DNA from: Armatimonadota bacterium
GTDB lineage: Bacteria > Armatimonadota > UBA5829 > DTLH01
Reading direction: 5' to 3'
DNA length: 60,344 nucleotides
Assembly (NCBI GenBank): GCA_038207085.1
Contig: JBBRAE010000017.1
Location: 1-60,344, forward strand
Below are positions 57,698 through 60,344 of the stretch, piece by piece. Both the position numbers and the translations under genes were made by a program. The notes beneath the pieces are model-generated. The model was not told the DNA's origin. It did not search any database and worked only from the letters and a program-made list of their open reading frames with translations. Position 1 is the stretch's first letter, and the number at the start of each line of letters is the position of its first letter.

Positions 57698-57743
57698 AAA
57701 AAAAGAAAAAAAAAGCCCCATCGGAAACTCCGAAGAGGCTTTC
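57698..57743 (-). terminator. greA terminator
   Basis: AGCCTCTTCGGA/TCCGATGGGGCT stem followed by a long T run on the minus strand. Confidence 0.7.
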
Positions 57744-57783
57744 TGCAATCGTATATTCTATTCGAGTATTATTCTATTCGGGC

Positions 57784-58260
57784 CTACTCGACTGAGACGA
57801 TCTCGAATTCCACGTTGCCGCCGGGGGTGACGCATGAGACGACATCTCCCACTTTTCCGCCCATCAGAGCGGCCCCAACGCACGACTCAAGCGATATCTT
57901 GCCCTCGGATGGGCTCGACTCGGCTGGTCCGACGATCATATACTCTTCGGTCGAACCATCCTCAAGATCTTTGATGACAACCTTGCAGCCGACACCAACC
58001 GTGCCGTCATCCGAATCGTTGTCAACGACCACGGCATTGTTCAGGATCGCCTGAAGCTCTCTTACGCGCGCTTCCAACATCCCCTGCACCGTCTTGGCAT
58101 CCTGATAGTCGAAATTCTCGCTCAAATCCCCGAGCTGCCTCGCCTCTCGAATCCTGTCGACAACGGCAGGACGCTTGACTGTCTGGATTTCCTCAAGCTC
58201 GCGGCTGATATCCTCGTGTCCCTGACGAGTCAGGACAATTCTTGTATCTGAAAACTCCAC
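57784..58260 (-). CDS. greA: Transcription elongation factor GreA
   Basis: AR.LGDLSEN.DY, ISLES.VG.AL.G, TPGG; start moved to GTG 58260. Confidence 0.93.
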   Translation of the reverse strand: MEFSDTRIVLTRQGHEDISRELEEIQTVKRPAVVDRIREARQLGDLSENFDYQDAKTVQGMLEARVRELQAILNNAVVVDNDSDDGTVGVGCKVVIKDLEDGSTEEYMIVGPAESSPSEGKISLESCVGAALMGGKVGDVVSCVTPGGNVEFEIVSVE

Positions 58261-58406
58261 GCTATAACATCTCCCTGTTACAGAAAGGGCAATCCCTGTT
58301 GGGACAGCATTCAAGGTCGAATTGTATCACAAACCTGCCAACTAAAGCAAATTTCGCAACTTCGTGGAGTGCATTTACGAGTCATCGGCGGCAAGTGGCC
58401 TTTATG

Positions 58407-58523
58407 TGGAGTGCGGTGCGCAAGCGCCGCTATCACAAATCATCCGACTTGCCGCTATCTCGGCGCTAGCGCGCCTTGTTGTTACCGAATGAGAAAAGCG
58501 GCGCTCGCACGCCGCACTCCAAA
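58407..58523. repeat. Inverted pair of GGAG-type REP sequences (REPIN-like)
   Basis: TGGAGTGCGGTGCGCAAGCGCCGCT ... AGCGGCGCTCGCACGCCGCACTCCA. Confidence 0.75.
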
Positions 58524-58605
58524 CTCGGCCTGACCGCTATCGACAAACTCTAAAAGCGCCCCGCTTCGCGTATGGCGTCTTCTACCTCTTGCGAAGAATA
58601 TTGCG

Positions 58606-60344
58606 CTACTGCAGGTTCTGCGGCGTGCCGACGGCGCGGACAACACGCTGCCAGTTGCCTTCAGAACCCTCAAGACCCGATACCCCATTGATCGCGACCC
58701 ACGCGCCATCATCTGGTGTCTCAATCCCCGTAGTGATGACCTTGAGCCCAAGCGCTGAGCCGTCGCTCAGCGTCATATAAGTCCCGTCCGGGGCTTTATA
58801 AGTGACCCTGCCCCAGACTCTGACAAGAAGCCCCACGTTGTTTGCGCCGAGTGCGCCGGTCACCCCCTGAATGGTACCCGAAGAGGTCGAAACACTCGCC
58901 CCGCCGACTGCGGACGCACCCATTCCGGCAGGCCGGATGCTCCCCCTGTCCCGACAGAGCACTTCCACAGTGCCAGCGTCGATCGCCCACTCCCCAGGGG
59001 ACGCAGAGATGTCTCCCGTTACGTTTATATACGAGCCGGGAGAGGCGGCGGTCTCGGTGTTGATCTTGATCCCCGACCATTTCCCGGGCCGCTGGGCGTA
59101 GATGAACCCGGTGAAGTTCCCCGTAACGACAAGGCCATCGAGATCGACAGGGAAGCCGACGGACTGGCGCTTGGCCCACGTGCAGGGGTCCTGAGTGGCC
59201 AGGCTCGTATGGAGAATCGTCCCATACTCACCGACAGCCCACGCCGTATCCGAGTCCACTGCGCAGATGCCGTAGAGTTTGTTTGTAGTTCCGGAAGAAA
59301 GAAGTGTCCAGGTCGCCCCGCCGTTGGTGGTCTTCAGCAATACGCCGTTGTCCCCACAAACCCAGCCTGTATTCACGTCGATGAACCGCACAGAACGCAG
59401 CTCAACACTCACACCCGACTGCTGGAAGGACCACGTATCGCCTCCATTTGTGGTCTTTAAAATCGTGCCTTCGCCGCCGACCGCCCAACCCGTGTTTGCA
59501 TTGACAAGGCATACGGACCAAAGCGTGCCGGTTGTGCCGGAGTCGACCAGTATCCACTCCGACAACTCAGGGCAATACTTTAGAACCGTGCCGTTCTCGC
59601 CGACGATCAACCCCGCGTTTGCTCCCGCAAAGGACACGTCGTGAAGGGCACTTGTGGTGGGTGACTGGCGCACGGTCCAAGCCTCCCCCGCCCCCGACTT
59701 GCCCACGATCGTCCCAGCCATTCCGACGGCCCATCCGGTGTCAGAACTTGTCATACAGAGGCCGAATAGAGTAGTCGTCACATCGCTCGTCTCCGTGCTC
59801 CATGTCAGGGCGTCGTCGGTGCTTCGGTAGACCACCCCCGTACCCGATGCCGATATGCCGAGCGCATAAACGTTTCCGCCGCCCGCGAACTGCACAGCGG
59901 TGAGGCCGTTGGAAGCACCCACCGGCCTTCCAGTGCCCAGGAGCTGCCACTGCACTCCACCGTCCGTCGTGCGCGCCACCCTGCCAGTGTCGTTCACCGC
60001 ACAGCCGACGCCCTGCGGCGTCATCGCAACGGCGTTGAATAGCCCGTAGTTGGTAAACGGCAAGACGCTTGTCCACAACGAACCGGCGTCGCTTGAACAA
60101 AGACAGGCCCCGCCGTCTCCGACCATACACAAGTTCTTGGAGTCAAGCGCTCTAATCGCCCGCAGGTTCGTTACAATCGGCCCTGCTACGGGAGTCGACC
60201 ACGACCCTCCGCCGGTGGTCGTCTTGGAAGTCTTTCCTCCTGCGCCGACAACCCAGCCCGTGGTCTTGTTAGGTAGAAACGTGACGGCGTAAAGGTTCGG
60301 ACTCGATGAAACGGCGGATACAGCCCAGGTGGCACCGCCGTTGG
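58606..60344 (-). CDS. YCF48/BNR-repeat beta-propeller protein with the shared C-terminal module; 5' end lies beyond the window
   Basis: Repeated GWAVG..G.ILKTTNGG.TW; frame stays open to the window edge (NGGATW... from 60342). Confidence 0.88.
   Translation of the reverse strand, partial: NGGATWAVSAVSSSPNLYAVTFLPNKTTGWVVGAGGKTSKTTTGGGSWSTPVAGPIVTNLRAIRALDSKNLCMVGDGGACLCSSDAGSLWTSVLPFTNYGLFNAVAMTPQGVGCAVNDTGRVARTTDGGVQWQLLGTGRPVGASNGLTAVQFAGGGNVYALGISASGTGVVYRSTDDALTWSTETSDVTTTLFGLCMTSSDTGWAVGMAGTIVGKSGAGEAWTVRQSPTTSALHDVSFAGANAGLIVGENGTVLKYCPELSEWILVDSGTTGTLWSVCLVNANTGWAVGGEGTILKTTNGGDTWSFQQSGVSVELRSVRFIDVNTGWVCGDNGVLLKTTNGGATWTLLSSGTTNKLYGICAVDSDTAWAVGEYGTILHTSLATQDPCTWAKRQSVGFPVDLDGLVVTGNFTGFIYAQRPGKWSGIKINTETAASPGSYINVTGDISASPGEWAIDAGTVEVLCRDRGSIRPAGMGASAVGGASVSTSSGTIQGVTGALGANNVGLLVRVWGRVTYKAPDGTYMTLSDGSALGLKVITTGIETPDDGAWVAINGVSGLEGSEGNWQRVVRAVGTPQNLQ

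Noticed and set aside
58606..60344. Photosystem II assembly function for the YCF48-like protein
   Set aside because: The repeat is a generic BNR beta-propeller and no photosynthesis genes are present

Overview
Moderately GC-rich bacterial chromosome segment. Armatimonadota is my best guess from protein style, PEP-CTERM and the dnaG-sigA arrangement; this is inference, not a database result. Housekeeping genes: leuB, manC, htpX, tRNA-Leu(CAG), msrB, serS, a U32/RlhA-like protein, dnaG-rpoD, typA, metY and greA. Mixed among them are many secreted or surface proteins, carbohydrate-active enzymes, a heterodimeric ABC exporter and two toxin-antitoxin loci (intact Phd/VapC; wHTH-MNT/HEPN with a nonsense-mutated toxin). 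No CRISPR array, rRNA, integrase or transposase was seen. Most notable: (1) a ~200-aa C-terminal module shared by two unrelated large exported-type proteins and an orphan remnant, a candidate lineage-specific surface-display or sorting domain; (2) many different palindromic intergenic repeats, including an 81-bp cloverleaf-like element in two copies with a compensatory base change, and GTAG- and GGAG-type REP doublets; (3) a 35-aa basic CTG-start gene missed by the ORF track; (4) several decayed genes and an RHS/YD-repeat scar.
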